This document shows positions 12,187 through 22,108 of a DNA stretch of 64,000 bases, piece by piece. The stretch is taken from positions 620,001-684,000 of the forward strand of contig JAUFOQ010000013.1 in assembly GCA_040285855.1 (NCBI GenBank), in the 5' to 3' direction. This DNA is from Eukaryota sp. GEM-RC1 (Eukaryota). A program made the position numbers and the translations under genes. Each line of letters begins with the position of its first letter. Positions within the stretch are counted from its first letter, which is position 1. The notes under the pieces were generated by a model. That model ran no database searches. It saw only the letters and a program-made list of their open reading frames with translations, and had not been told where the DNA came from.

Positions 12187-15100
12187 TTGACTGAAACCAA
12201 TCAATTGTTAAACCCATTGAGCAACATCAGTCCTACCAATAATAATACGAACTCACAAAGCCTGAATTCCATTTTCACCATAAGTAGTCAGAACCCACTA
12301 CCATTACTAAGCTGCAAACTGATGACCAATTGCACTCCGGTTCAAGGATGTTGGGAAAGTGGAGCAACCCTGTCCGTAATCACACACGACCTGGCTACGA
12401 AGTGTAACGACGCCCGTCAGCAACAATGTTCGCTTCACTTCCGCAAACAATGTCGAGTCCCGGTCCTTGGGTAGCGCCCAGGGCATTTTGACCTTCGATA
12501 CAAGCAGCATCGCGTACCTGACAAATGTTGAAAAGACTCTACCAATAATACCCGGATCCAACAAGATATTATTGAGAATAGATCTGATGAAACAGTTAGG
12601 ACTGCTAACCGAAGACGGACTAGTCATCCGGATTGACAAGGCAATCCTGGCCACCGTGACCGAACGATGAGTTTTCTTCAATATTCTCAACAGCTCCTCA
12701 CAAAGATGGCATCGATTGTCCTACCTCGACGGATCAATCCAATGAAACAGCAGATTGCCGCAGAGATTTTCGATGAACTTGTCCGACAGGACTTTGCTGA
12801 GTTATCCAGTGTTCGAAAACACGTGTGTCATCCAGAAAACGAACGTGTGAAACACGCTTCCACATCGGACACGTATCCAAACGGTGGGAATTCAACAATT
12901 CAATTCTTTCAAAGATTTCTCACTCTCTCCTCATTTCAAGATGACTAGCTCTCAACAAAGTTGAAGACTCAGAGGACGATGTGATAGATGACCCTTTCTT
13001 GTAGGTAGTGACTAGTGACAAAATAAAGTACCTCTACTTTTTGAGAACAAAAGGAGCACACGTGTCCAAAAACAAAACGAACGTGTAAAACACGTGTCCG
13101 AACGTGTCCGACACGAACTAGTAGTCTATCCCGATCAACGTAAGCCCCGCCTTACAGGAGACTTCACTGGTTCCGATGGAATTAACGCGTTGACCCGAGT
13201 TGTTGAACCGAATCTTCCAAAGATCATCGACATCCTGGAATTTCTGAGTGAAGCTAACTTCATAGTGAGCTTGGATCTTCCGAAAGCCTTCTGGCAATTG
13301 AATCTTGTAGAAAGTGACAGAGACAAGACAACTCTAGTAATCCCTGAGAAATCCATCCGATTCAAGAGAGCATGTTTTGGGCTCAAGAACGTTCCTGCAA
13401 TATTTCAAAATTTGATTTTTGACCATGTTTGACCATGTTGTCATATTCATCTAAATCGATGACATCATCATAGTAGAGCCGAATCCGATTCGTTCTAGTT
13501 AAAGCATACACACGACCTTGGCCTACCCAAACGCAACTGCGTGACTAAGAAACACCCACTAAAGATCTTGGGTAGTAAGTTCGTCAACAATACACGCAGT
13601 ATTGACCCTTCGCGTATCACAGCTCTCCTAGAGTTGCCCGTACCAACAACTATCAAAGAGGTTCGTAGCTTCGTGGGTTCGATAAACTACAGTACATGAA
13701 AGACTTTATTCCTTCTGGCCCCAATCATCAACCTAGTCAAGAACAACGCTCGTTCAGTAAAATGGACACCCCTCCATCAATCTAATTTTGAGACAATCAG
13801 AAATAAGATCATAAATCACATGCCTCTCAGTCTACCAGACAGGGATAAACGCGTACTGATAAGTGCTGATGCCAGCGATATCGCCGTAGGCGGTGTCATT
13901 TGGCAGGAAATACCTCCTAACGCACAAGATGGAACTCCATTGAACAACAGGAAAGTTATCCCACTAGCTTTCTACAGCAAACTCCTAACGGAATCTCAAC
14001 AAAACTGGGCAACAATTCAGAAAGAGTTGTACGCTATTGTTCTGATCCTAACGGAATCCCCCATGTCATCATTCCTCCTAAGCAGGGATCTAACCATCTT
14101 TACAGATCATAGAAACCTAGCTTTCCTCATCTCAGCACCTGAGAAAAACAGAGTAGTCAAGCGTTGGATACCCATCCTAAGCGAATTCCAATTCTCAGTG
14201 ATCCACACTGTTGGAGCAGACAACTACTGGGCAGACATGATATCTCGAAACATTGAAACCTCTCAACCCGAAAACATAAACCTAGTCACATCTTGCCCCG
14301 AGCCGATGTTCTCTAGAGTCGATGGACTATGTCGTACTGATGACGATATGGATTATCAATCACTGACCTCCGAGTCAATCAACATGATTAGTGAACCATC
14401 AAAAATTTTTGACGCTTGGCTATCGAAGATACGCTCCACACAAGTAGAAGCCAAGAACAACAACGACGTACTGTTCCAGCATCCCACTGCTGTATACAAC
14501 GACGAGCTCCAGCTATTCCTAAATAGCGATGGTAAGATCCTCATATTTATGAGTCTTCGGAATACCACGATGAACCACATCCACGGTTTTCCTCACACAG
14601 GCCACCCCAGCCTAAGCGACAGCATTGATCGACTGAACTCTAGTGACTATTTCTGGCCTAAAATGCCAAAGATATGACGAAACACTGCGCGCAATGCCCA
14701 GCTTGTCAAGAGTCAGCCTTCCTTGCAAAACACAAAATCAAACCATCAGGTAACCTTTGGGCAGACAAATCATTTGCAAAAAGAACACCGATACCATCGG
14801 ACCTTTACCGACAGACACCTCTGGGAACTGTCACCTTCTCGTCTTCATAGATTCGTTTACTCGTCATACAGTCTTATGTCCCTTGAAGGAGCTCAATGCC
14901 CAAGAAACCGCTCATGCACTAGTGTGTAATGTATGTGCCATTTTTGGTATTCCTCACCTGATTCATAGCGATAATGGCAAGGAGTTTGCTAACCTTTTCT
15001 TTAATGGCGTGTGTCACGCTATTGATATCGATACGGAGAAATCCATCCCCAGTTTTTCGCAAAGCAACGGATTAGTGGAACGTCGCCACAGAGACATCTT

Positions 15101-15756
15101 GCAGTCATTAAGAAAAATGCTCTTTGATTTTAATGATTACGACAACTGGTCGAACTACATTCCAATCGTACAACTTTTAGTTAACACAACTAAGAGTAGA
15201 GTGACAGGTATCACCCCAAACCAACTCTTGTTTGGATCGGCCACTAGCCCTGGTAGCGATCCCGAAATCAGGAAGAGACAGAGATCAGATCAATCAGGCT
15301 TCCACTCAACCCGTGATAACTGCCGAACCAACCTCGTCGTCCCTGTACACGGGTGGAGACTTAATACTCAAGACTAACTCCAAAACTAAGAAGCTTCACG
15401 GCAAGCTCGAAGGTCCATACATTGTCATCGACACGCCCACCGCAAGCTCTCTTACCTTACAGAACATTGTCACTGGACATCAGTTCAAATCTAGTGTTCA
15501 CCAATGTAAGAAATACCTCACTGACAAACCGTCCTCTGACGAGTTCCACAAAGCTGTTGCTTCATGTGACTCAGAGGAAATGATCATGATTAAGGTGATA
15601 TACCAATCCGACTCATCCTCAGGAAAGGTTTGTTCAGTCGTCTGGTTCGATGGTGATACCACTGTGGTACCTTTGAATCAAATAAAGAACACCAAAGCGC
15701 ATTCCGAGTTTATTAAATCTAACCCCTCATACAAAACATCTACTAGGAAGAAATGA
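12187..15756 (+). pseudogene. Gypsy pol: protease, RT, RNase H, integrase with GPY/F motif and chromodomain-like tail; many frameshifts
   Basis: Protease CWESGATLSVI (DSG-like); RT/RH as in the first copy; HHCC motif (HGFPHTGH...CAQCPACQ); integrase core HSDNGKEF...SQSNGLVERRH; LEGPYIV; tail VVWFDGDTTVVPLNQI. Confidence 0.88.
12807..13117. mobile_element. Truncated hAT-type MITE inserted in the Gypsy RT; also present at 1-280 in the upstream copy
   Basis: RT frame breaks after FAEL and resumes at LVVYPD. The insert begins cagtgttcgaaa, matching the outer element's TIR, and is rich in ACACG/CACGTG repeats. No right TIR or TSD is visible. Confidence 0.65.
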
Positions 15757-15812
15757 AGCGTTCAGGGTAGTACCAGCCGTGCCTCTCCACCAGCCCAGAT
15801 GACCAGATCCTC

Positions 15813-15831
15813 GAGAAAGGGGAAAAAGTAG
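15813..15831 (+). other. Polypurine tract
   Basis: gagaaaggggaaaaagtag immediately 5' of the 3' LTR. Confidence 0.8.
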
Positions 15832-15897
15832 TGTTATTACTGGAACATTACCCTTAAAATAAATTTACTTTACACCATCCCATGTCTACAGACAACA
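15832..15897 (+). repeat. 3' LTR (66 bp)
   Basis: tgttattactggaacattacccttaaaataaatttactttacaccatcccatgtctacagacaaca. Confidence 0.88.
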
Positions 15898-16158
15898 AGT
15901 TCAACTCAACAGAACCACAGAATCCGAGATTAAGTGATGAGATGTCAGATAAAGGCAAGAATTGGCCCAAAACAACGTTTATATCATCAAACTCTACACA
16001 GTGGATCAGAAACAATTTTTTGCAAAAAGTCTCCTAGACACAACAAAGACACCGTGTGGACACGCGTGTTAAAACTGACACGGGGTCTTTTAAAAACACG
16101 TGGGAAATTTTCGAACACTAGGGTGAGCTAGTGTTCGAAATTTCCTATGTGACAACAA

Positions 16159-18169
16159 ATGTGTCGCTCTACTGACTAGTTTGTGCAACTTCATCATCCC
16201 GCTTACGTTAGCGACCATCTGTATAAACTTCTTCTTATTGGAGATTCCGCTGTAGTAAAATCCTGCTTTCTTGTGCGCTTTGCAGTATGTGTGTCTTTTC
16301 TTTGACCACAGGATGGTGACTTCAGCGACACCTTCACTATGACTATTGGTGTAGATTTTGTATGTAATCTATTCCTTTTCCAATCCTAGAAGATCCAAAC
16401 TGTCAAGATTGACGGCAAAGCCATTAAACTACAGATTTGGGATACCGCTGGCCAAGAAGTATGTCTTCGTTTAATCATCATCATAGCGTTTCCGAACAAT
16501 CACTGCTTCATATTACCATGGTGCCCAAGGCATTATTGTTGTGTTTGATGTAACTAAGCACCAATCCTTTGAAAATGTACAGATGTGGCTAAGAGAAATC
16601 GAAGACTCTGCTAGTGAAAATGTTCCTATTTTGTTAGTTGGTAACAAAAGCGATCTAATCGAACAGAGGGAAGTTACAGACGAACAAGCACGCGCTTTTG
16701 CAACCGAACGTGGACTCCAATATATACCAACGTCTGCTAAAACTGCAGAAAACGTTGAATGTTCTTTCCATTCTTTAGCAAAACAAATCAGAGCACGTTT
16801 CGATGATCAACCTATAAAAAAACCAATCGAAGATAACATTCATCAGACTTTAGCATCGTTCATGAACTTCTCTATTTCTGCAGAAGAAACTCTTTCTGCC
16901 CTCCTAGAAGAACAATCGATTACTGACAACACCTTGATCTTCGACGATCAAAGCATTTCCGTCAACAAAGATGTTCTGGCCATCAACTCAATCTACTTCA
17001 AGTCTCTATGGTACCTGGACTTCTCTGATAAACAAGAAAATCCCTTAGACTTCTCTCATCTTAAAGTCCAATCTTCTTCATTCATCTCCTTCTTCAAAGC
17101 CTTTTACTCACAACTGGTTGACATCTCTCCTTCAAACTGTCACGACTTCTTTTACCTTGCTCATTACTTTCAAGTTCCCAAACTGATAGATCCAATTGAG
17201 TCAATAATAAAGAAGAATTTCTCAAATTGGTCTTGGTTCAAAGAATTCCTTTCTCAATCAAATCGAAAGTCTGATCTTCGAGCTGTGCAGTTTGCTGGTC
17301 CTTATGTTTCCCAGGTATCTGACCTAGTGGTTGATGACGTCATTGAGCTCTCTTTTGATTGTTTCCTAGAATTAGCAAGTCATTGTACTGACAATCAATC
17401 ACAATCATGGTTGATTAAGTCGCTAGTTTCCGCTATTCTGAGCTCTTCTTTTGACCTAGATGAGCTTCACTTGATCCTTTCCAATCTTTCTGTTGAACTT
17501 CTTTCCTTTAATGAATGGAACAATTATCTATTTAAACCCTTGGAAGAAGTTAAAGAAGTCGAACTACAGTTAATGGAATTCTTTTATAAGAAAATGAAGT
17601 CCTTTTGTTTTGATTCTTTGTCTAGAAAAGTTGAAGAATTAACTAAAGAAGTGGAGGATTTAAAGAAAGAGAATTCTAAATTAAAAGAGACAGCTGTTGT
17701 TGAGGAAAAAAGTCGAGGTAGTGATTGTTTGAGGTTTTCTTCCTCCTTAAAAGGTTCTGGACTTTCCTTAAGTAGGAATGGTAAACGTGTTGGTATGACC
17801 TCTGGCAGTGGTTTCCATAACATTCGAGGTGATCAACCACTTCTTGATGGGAATGTATACAACTTTACTGCTGAAATGTCAGGAGGTACCAGTACTGCAA
17901 TAGGAATAATTGAAGAAGGGAAGTTTAAAAATGAAGGGGAAATTTATTTGAGTGGTCATGTCTGCTTCAATCATGGGTATACCCGAGGTTGTTTAGCTGG
18001 CCAGACTCAATCACTGTCTGGTACTTTCGATGTGACTATTGACCTAGTTAATTATACTATTTCTATTGGTTCAATTTCTGGAAACCTTCCAAGACCTTCT
18101 TCAGGGAATTACTATTTGGTGGGAATGAGTTGTACACATGGGCAATTTATAGAAATAAAGTCTCCTTAA
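16159..18169 (+). CDS. Rab1-like GTPase fused to BTB/POZ, coiled coil and SPRY/B30.2-like domain; 4 introns (16179-16211, 16285-16311, 16360-16389, 16459-16486)
   Basis: Splicing gives [93 protein letters not shown]...VGNKSDL...TSAKT, in frame with ORF 16541-18169. BTB: TDNTLIF...VNKDVLAINSIYFKSL...LAHYFQVPKL. C-terminal LSLSRNGKRV...IRGDQPL...AIGIIEE. Confidence 0.88.
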
Positions 18170-18798
18170 GTTTTTGCATGCACCTTGTCAAACGGATCAT
18201 TGTATTAGCGTCTTTTCTGTATCAAGTTTAGAGGTAGTTAGTGGTCAAACCCTTGTTCAATTCTGTACTACTTTCACATGCATTCTAGTACACGATCTTT
18301 AGAGAAGTTCTCGAACAGTGCATCATGACAACCGTAACACACTTGTTCAATTATACATATTTTTAAAACTGTATACTGTTGTCTAAGAGTACGGGAAATT
18401 GCATTATGAACAGCTTTTGATGGTACTGGTTGGATCTGTAATTGATCGTGGTTTTTAGCTTTCCTGAAGGAAACCATCATTATTTTTTTTGGCCGCTAAA
18501 TTGTGGCTAGATCGCATTTTTGGCAAAAGTTGACAATCTGTTGTATTAATAATTCGGGGAAGAAGTTAACTACAGTATGGAAGAACCTATTACTTAGCTT
18601 TTGAGAAATTAAGAAGGATCTTTAAGAAATCTTGTTCAGTTTGAAGCGATGACAGAAATGATTCAAAGTTTAGACCACTAAATGAAATGGTACAAACATA
18701 TTAAATGTATTAAAACAATCACATAATCATTGAACAAACAAAAACTAAAGACTATAAAACTAAAATATAAATTAATTGAAAAGATCACATTATCTCTT

Positions 18799-20274
18799 TT
18801 AAAATTGATCCATGGGTTCAAAAGTATAATCACCGTAATAGGTAATAGGATCTTCAATAATCGGATTGATTGATGACGTGAGCTGAGTTCCAGGATTCTC
18901 AGTAATAAAAGTCAGAGTTTTGGAATCAACAATGTGCTGCTGAACAAACTTTACCACTTTACTGACTTGCTTCTCTTTTAAATTTTCAAGATAATTCAGT
19001 TTCCGTGCAAAAGGAATACCAGGTGAATAAAAGAATTCAACTACTTCAACAAGATCAACAATCAAGAACTTTCTCAAAGAAGAAACATAAAGATCACCCG
19101 TGTTAGACACAAGCTTCAATTTCTTATAGAATTTTGAAATATCCTCAAAATTTGGAGCCCCGTCTAAACCCCAAAAGAAAGGAACACTACAAACGTCAAC
19201 TTCTTCTTTTCCAGCAAGTACTTCGACTGAAGAAAACACCATTTTGCCAGTAGCCAATGATTGAATATTTTGAGCTAACAACGACGTGATGTGATTGTAA
19301 GGGTCAGAAGAGGTCACGTCTTCAACAGTCACAGGACTTGCAGGTCGAACTTCTAGTACATAGTCTGAACAAACAGGAGTTGCCCGAAGTACAAAATCAG
19401 TAACGATTTTGTTTCCATCAAATTCTTTATGACCCATACCTAATCGTAAATAAGGCACAACGTCAAATACAGCATCTCCCCTGATCTCTTCTCTTAGCTT
19501 CTTCACATCAAGATTAGGCAGAACAATCTTAAAACCACGTTCTAAGTATTTCCCTAATCTGTACTCATAAGAAGTGGATCTTCTTGAGGGATCTACAACA
19601 TTGATCATATAAGTATAGGACAACTTACCAAGAGTAGTGGTATACAACTGTTTCCCATCAAAACCAACTTGACTTGAACCTAGATCAAAGCCATGTAGAA
19701 TCTCTGACTTAGAGGAGTAAAGACGGAGAATTATCTGACATTCTGCCAAACTACTATAACGTCTATCATCGGTTGGTTTTAACGTAATACAATGAGATCC
19801 TCGTAGAACGTACATCTCAGAGAAGTAGTAGTGGTTCAATTGATTTAACTCATTAATGAACTGATTGACTCTTGCAGTGGCTTGATCAGTTGAGTTAATT
19901 CCATAGATAAAGAAGTCAATGTCATTTTGATAGCTAGAATAGTAACCATATGACATTGATTGACCACTAATAACTTTCTGAACAGCGCCACTGGCAATGA
20001 GTAAGTTATCCATGGAAACGTTCTTGAGAAAGGAAAACTGGGCATAAAAGCGAGAAGCAAAGTTTGTTACGTCTCTCAATGGATCTCGTTCAGACTTGGT
20101 AATGGTAGGGAGGGAATAGTCGTATTTAAGAGTGAGAAGTTCATTGCAAGGAATTAGACCGTCGGAATCAGAAAGTCCGGAGGAACGGAAGAGACGGTCA
20201 ATATCTGAAGCTTTTTGATGAAATGTCCTGAAGAGATATAGATGAGAAGTTCTGATTCTACAACAAAATTGACT
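18799..20274 (-). CDS. Putative pol-beta-superfamily nucleotidyltransferase-like protein; start codon unresolved
   Basis: LIASGAV...NDIDFFIYG (G[GS]...DxD-like), QIILRLYSSKSEILHGFDLGSSQVGFDG, DPSRRSTSYEYRLGKYLERGF. The frame stays open upstream of the track start (TTG at 20079) to about 20274 without an ATG. Confidence 0.6.
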   Translation of the reverse strand, partial: SQFCCRIRTSHLYLFRTFHQKASDIDRLFRSSGLSDSDGLIPCNELLTLKYDYSLPTITKSERDPLRDVTNFASRFYAQFSFLKNVSMDNLLIASGAVQKVISGQSMSYGYYSSYQNDIDFFIYGINSTDQATARVNQFINELNQLNHYYFSEMYVLRGSHCITLKPTDDRRYSSLAECQIILRLYSSKSEILHGFDLGSSQVGFDGKQLYTTTLGKLSYTYMINVVDPSRRSTSYEYRLGKYLERGFKIVLPNLDVKKLREEIRGDAVFDVVPYLRLGMGHKEFDGNKIVTDFVLRATPVCSDYVLEVRPASPVTVEDVTSSDPYNHITSLLAQNIQSLATGKMVFSSVEVLAGKEEVDVCSVPFFWGLDGAPNFEDISKFYKKLKLVSNTGDLYVSSLRKFLIVDLVEVVEFFYSPGIPFARKLNYLENLKEKQVSKVVKFVQQHIVDSKTLTFITENPGTQLTSSINPIIEDPITYYGDYTFEPMDQF

Positions 20275-20747
20275 CTATTTCACATCTTGGAACCAGCATT
20301 TAATGCATCTGCAACTGTTTGAGTGTCGAGTATGCACTTTTTTTTTGACTTTCATTGTTTGATATTAATAATGTCGATCACATCACAGAGTCTGCAATAG
20401 TCTTTTTGTGATTAGGTACTGGTCATTATCGTCATACAGTGGACTCTGTTAGTAGAACAGTCAATCCTGTCTATAGCGTCACTAACCGTCATTAGAATGT
20501 TACTCTATGTGGAATAAACACACTGTACTGTTCTACTGATTGAGATGAATCTTTATATACAAAACAAGCATAAGATCTGGAAGTGGGCTGTTTGTCAGTC
20601 GCCAAAGTAAATGCAAGAACCATGCTCGTGTACCAGAAGTTTCAAGAATCCACTTAGTGGACACAGGAGCCTCGACCAAAAACGATGGAACAATTAAAAA
20701 TATATATTCTTGAAATTAAGTAAGCCGTATTTTGTCGAATTCATCGG

Positions 20748-21536
20748 TTAGTTAGGTTGCATTACCCCTGCGAATGCGATCCATGCGAGTACAGACTTTG
20801 CTACAAGACTAAGGATAATATAACCTCTTTCACCATACACATAACTCTTCCACTTACCAACCCTCTTGTACTGCAAAATCATATTAATGGGGAATAAATT
20901 GAAGAAGACAAAGTAAAACCCAACCAGTGCCCACACAAACCAAGGAACTTCAGCAGGATCAGCGTTACCAAAAGCATATAGAAAAATGACAATCCAAGGC
21001 ACAAGTCCAGCAATGCTACCGAAAACGAAAGGTTTCCAGTTTGTCTTTTCCGTATACTGGTTGATTTCCTCCATTAGTAGTCCAAAGAGGTTCATGGAAG
21101 CATTTGCAGCAACAATCAACATCAAAGCTCCAATACCATAAACACCGAATAACATGGCTATCAGAATGATCATCAATGATGAACTAATTGCGTATTCATA
21201 CCAACGGAAGCGATTCATTCTACGGTTGAGGTCCTGGTTGTAGATACGATTTCCCCAAGGGCTAACAATGATGAAATGGGCAATTGCTGACATGAGTAAG
21301 AAGAGGGAGACCGCTATTCCAAAGGGAACTTCCCAAAGAAGTTTGGGATCAGTGATCAGACGCTGTTGGACTTTATCAAAGGTCAGAAAGTAGGACCATA
21401 TGGGGATTTTGAACGCTGCGATACGTTCAATAAACAATGCAAAACACAGCATTAAGATTCCTTGAAGAAGATGTAGGAAACCCATTATGGTGTTGAACCT
21501 CTTCAGCGAAGCATTGGTGATGTTATAGTCATCCAT
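20748..21536 (-). CDS. heR: Heliorhodopsin, 262 aa, intronless
   Basis: Seven hydrophobic segments with HeR signatures GFLHLLQG, SAIAHF, NRFRWYEYAISSSLM, MNLFGLLMEE, GERGYIILSLVAKSVLAW (retinal-binding Lys in SxxxK). ATG at 21536. Confidence 0.96.
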   Translation of the reverse strand: MDDYNITNASLKRFNTIMGFLHLLQGILMLCFALFIERIAAFKIPIWSYFLTFDKVQQRLITDPKLLWEVPFGIAVSLFLLMSAIAHFIIVSPWGNRIYNQDLNRRMNRFRWYEYAISSSLMIILIAMLFGVYGIGALMLIVAANASMNLFGLLMEEINQYTEKTNWKPFVFGSIAGLVPWIVIFLYAFGNADPAEVPWFVWALVGFYFVFFNLFPINMILQYKRVGKWKSYVYGERGYIILSLVAKSVLAWIAFAGVMQPN

Positions 21537-22108
21537 TAAAGCAATTGTGTTGTACAAATGAGCTCACAAATCTTCCTGCCAAAAACATTGGAATTTTCAA
21601 CTCCAATTATGCGTATTTCATACCCCAGTATCAATAGTTCATTCAATTCTTGTCGGTTACAGTCATACAGCCCGATACCTTGTCGTCATCTATCCTTCAA
21701 TCTTCCACTAATCATATCAAGTTCCAGGAGTCTTTATTAGCGCTTGTTTACTCCAAAATGGCTACACGTATCACCGAGTCTTCTCTCGAAGCTATTGAAA
21801 CTGGCCCTTGTCATTCTGTATTTAGTTTACTCGATGAACTGTACACTTTCTTTGACAAATTCGCTTCTGAGTCAATTTTTCTTTGAATCTGCTGTTTCCT
21901 CAGTTAAGTTGTTCTTCAAGACAACAACATTTCCTGTCAATTACGATGAACTCCATACTCTTTCTTCCATATCCTCTCATTTCGGAGCTAAGCTACAGTC
22001 TGTTTTCCTAGAAGTATTCGGACAATTTGATTATCAAACCATGGCTACTTCTTATGACACCATTACTGATCTAAGCTTAAATTCAGAATGCGTCCTCAAT
22101 TACGATTT

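Larger units (their letters stand above)
10274..15897 (+). mobile_element. Full-length but decayed Ty3/Gypsy LTR retrotransposon (chromovirus-like)
   Basis: Two 66-bp direct repeats TGTT...AACA; polypurine tract before the 3' LTR; gag-PR-RT-RH-IN order; flanks aatt/agtt (possible degenerate 4-bp TSD). Confidence 0.9.
10019..16120. mobile_element. Non-autonomous hAT-type element hosting the Gypsy insertion
   Basis: Imperfect TIRs cagcgttggaa (10019) and ttcgaacacta (ends 16120), 8/11 match. 8-bp flanks gtgtgagc (10011-10018) and gggtgagc (16121-16128), 7/8 match. ACACG/CGTGT subterminal repeats at both ends. Confidence 0.7.
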
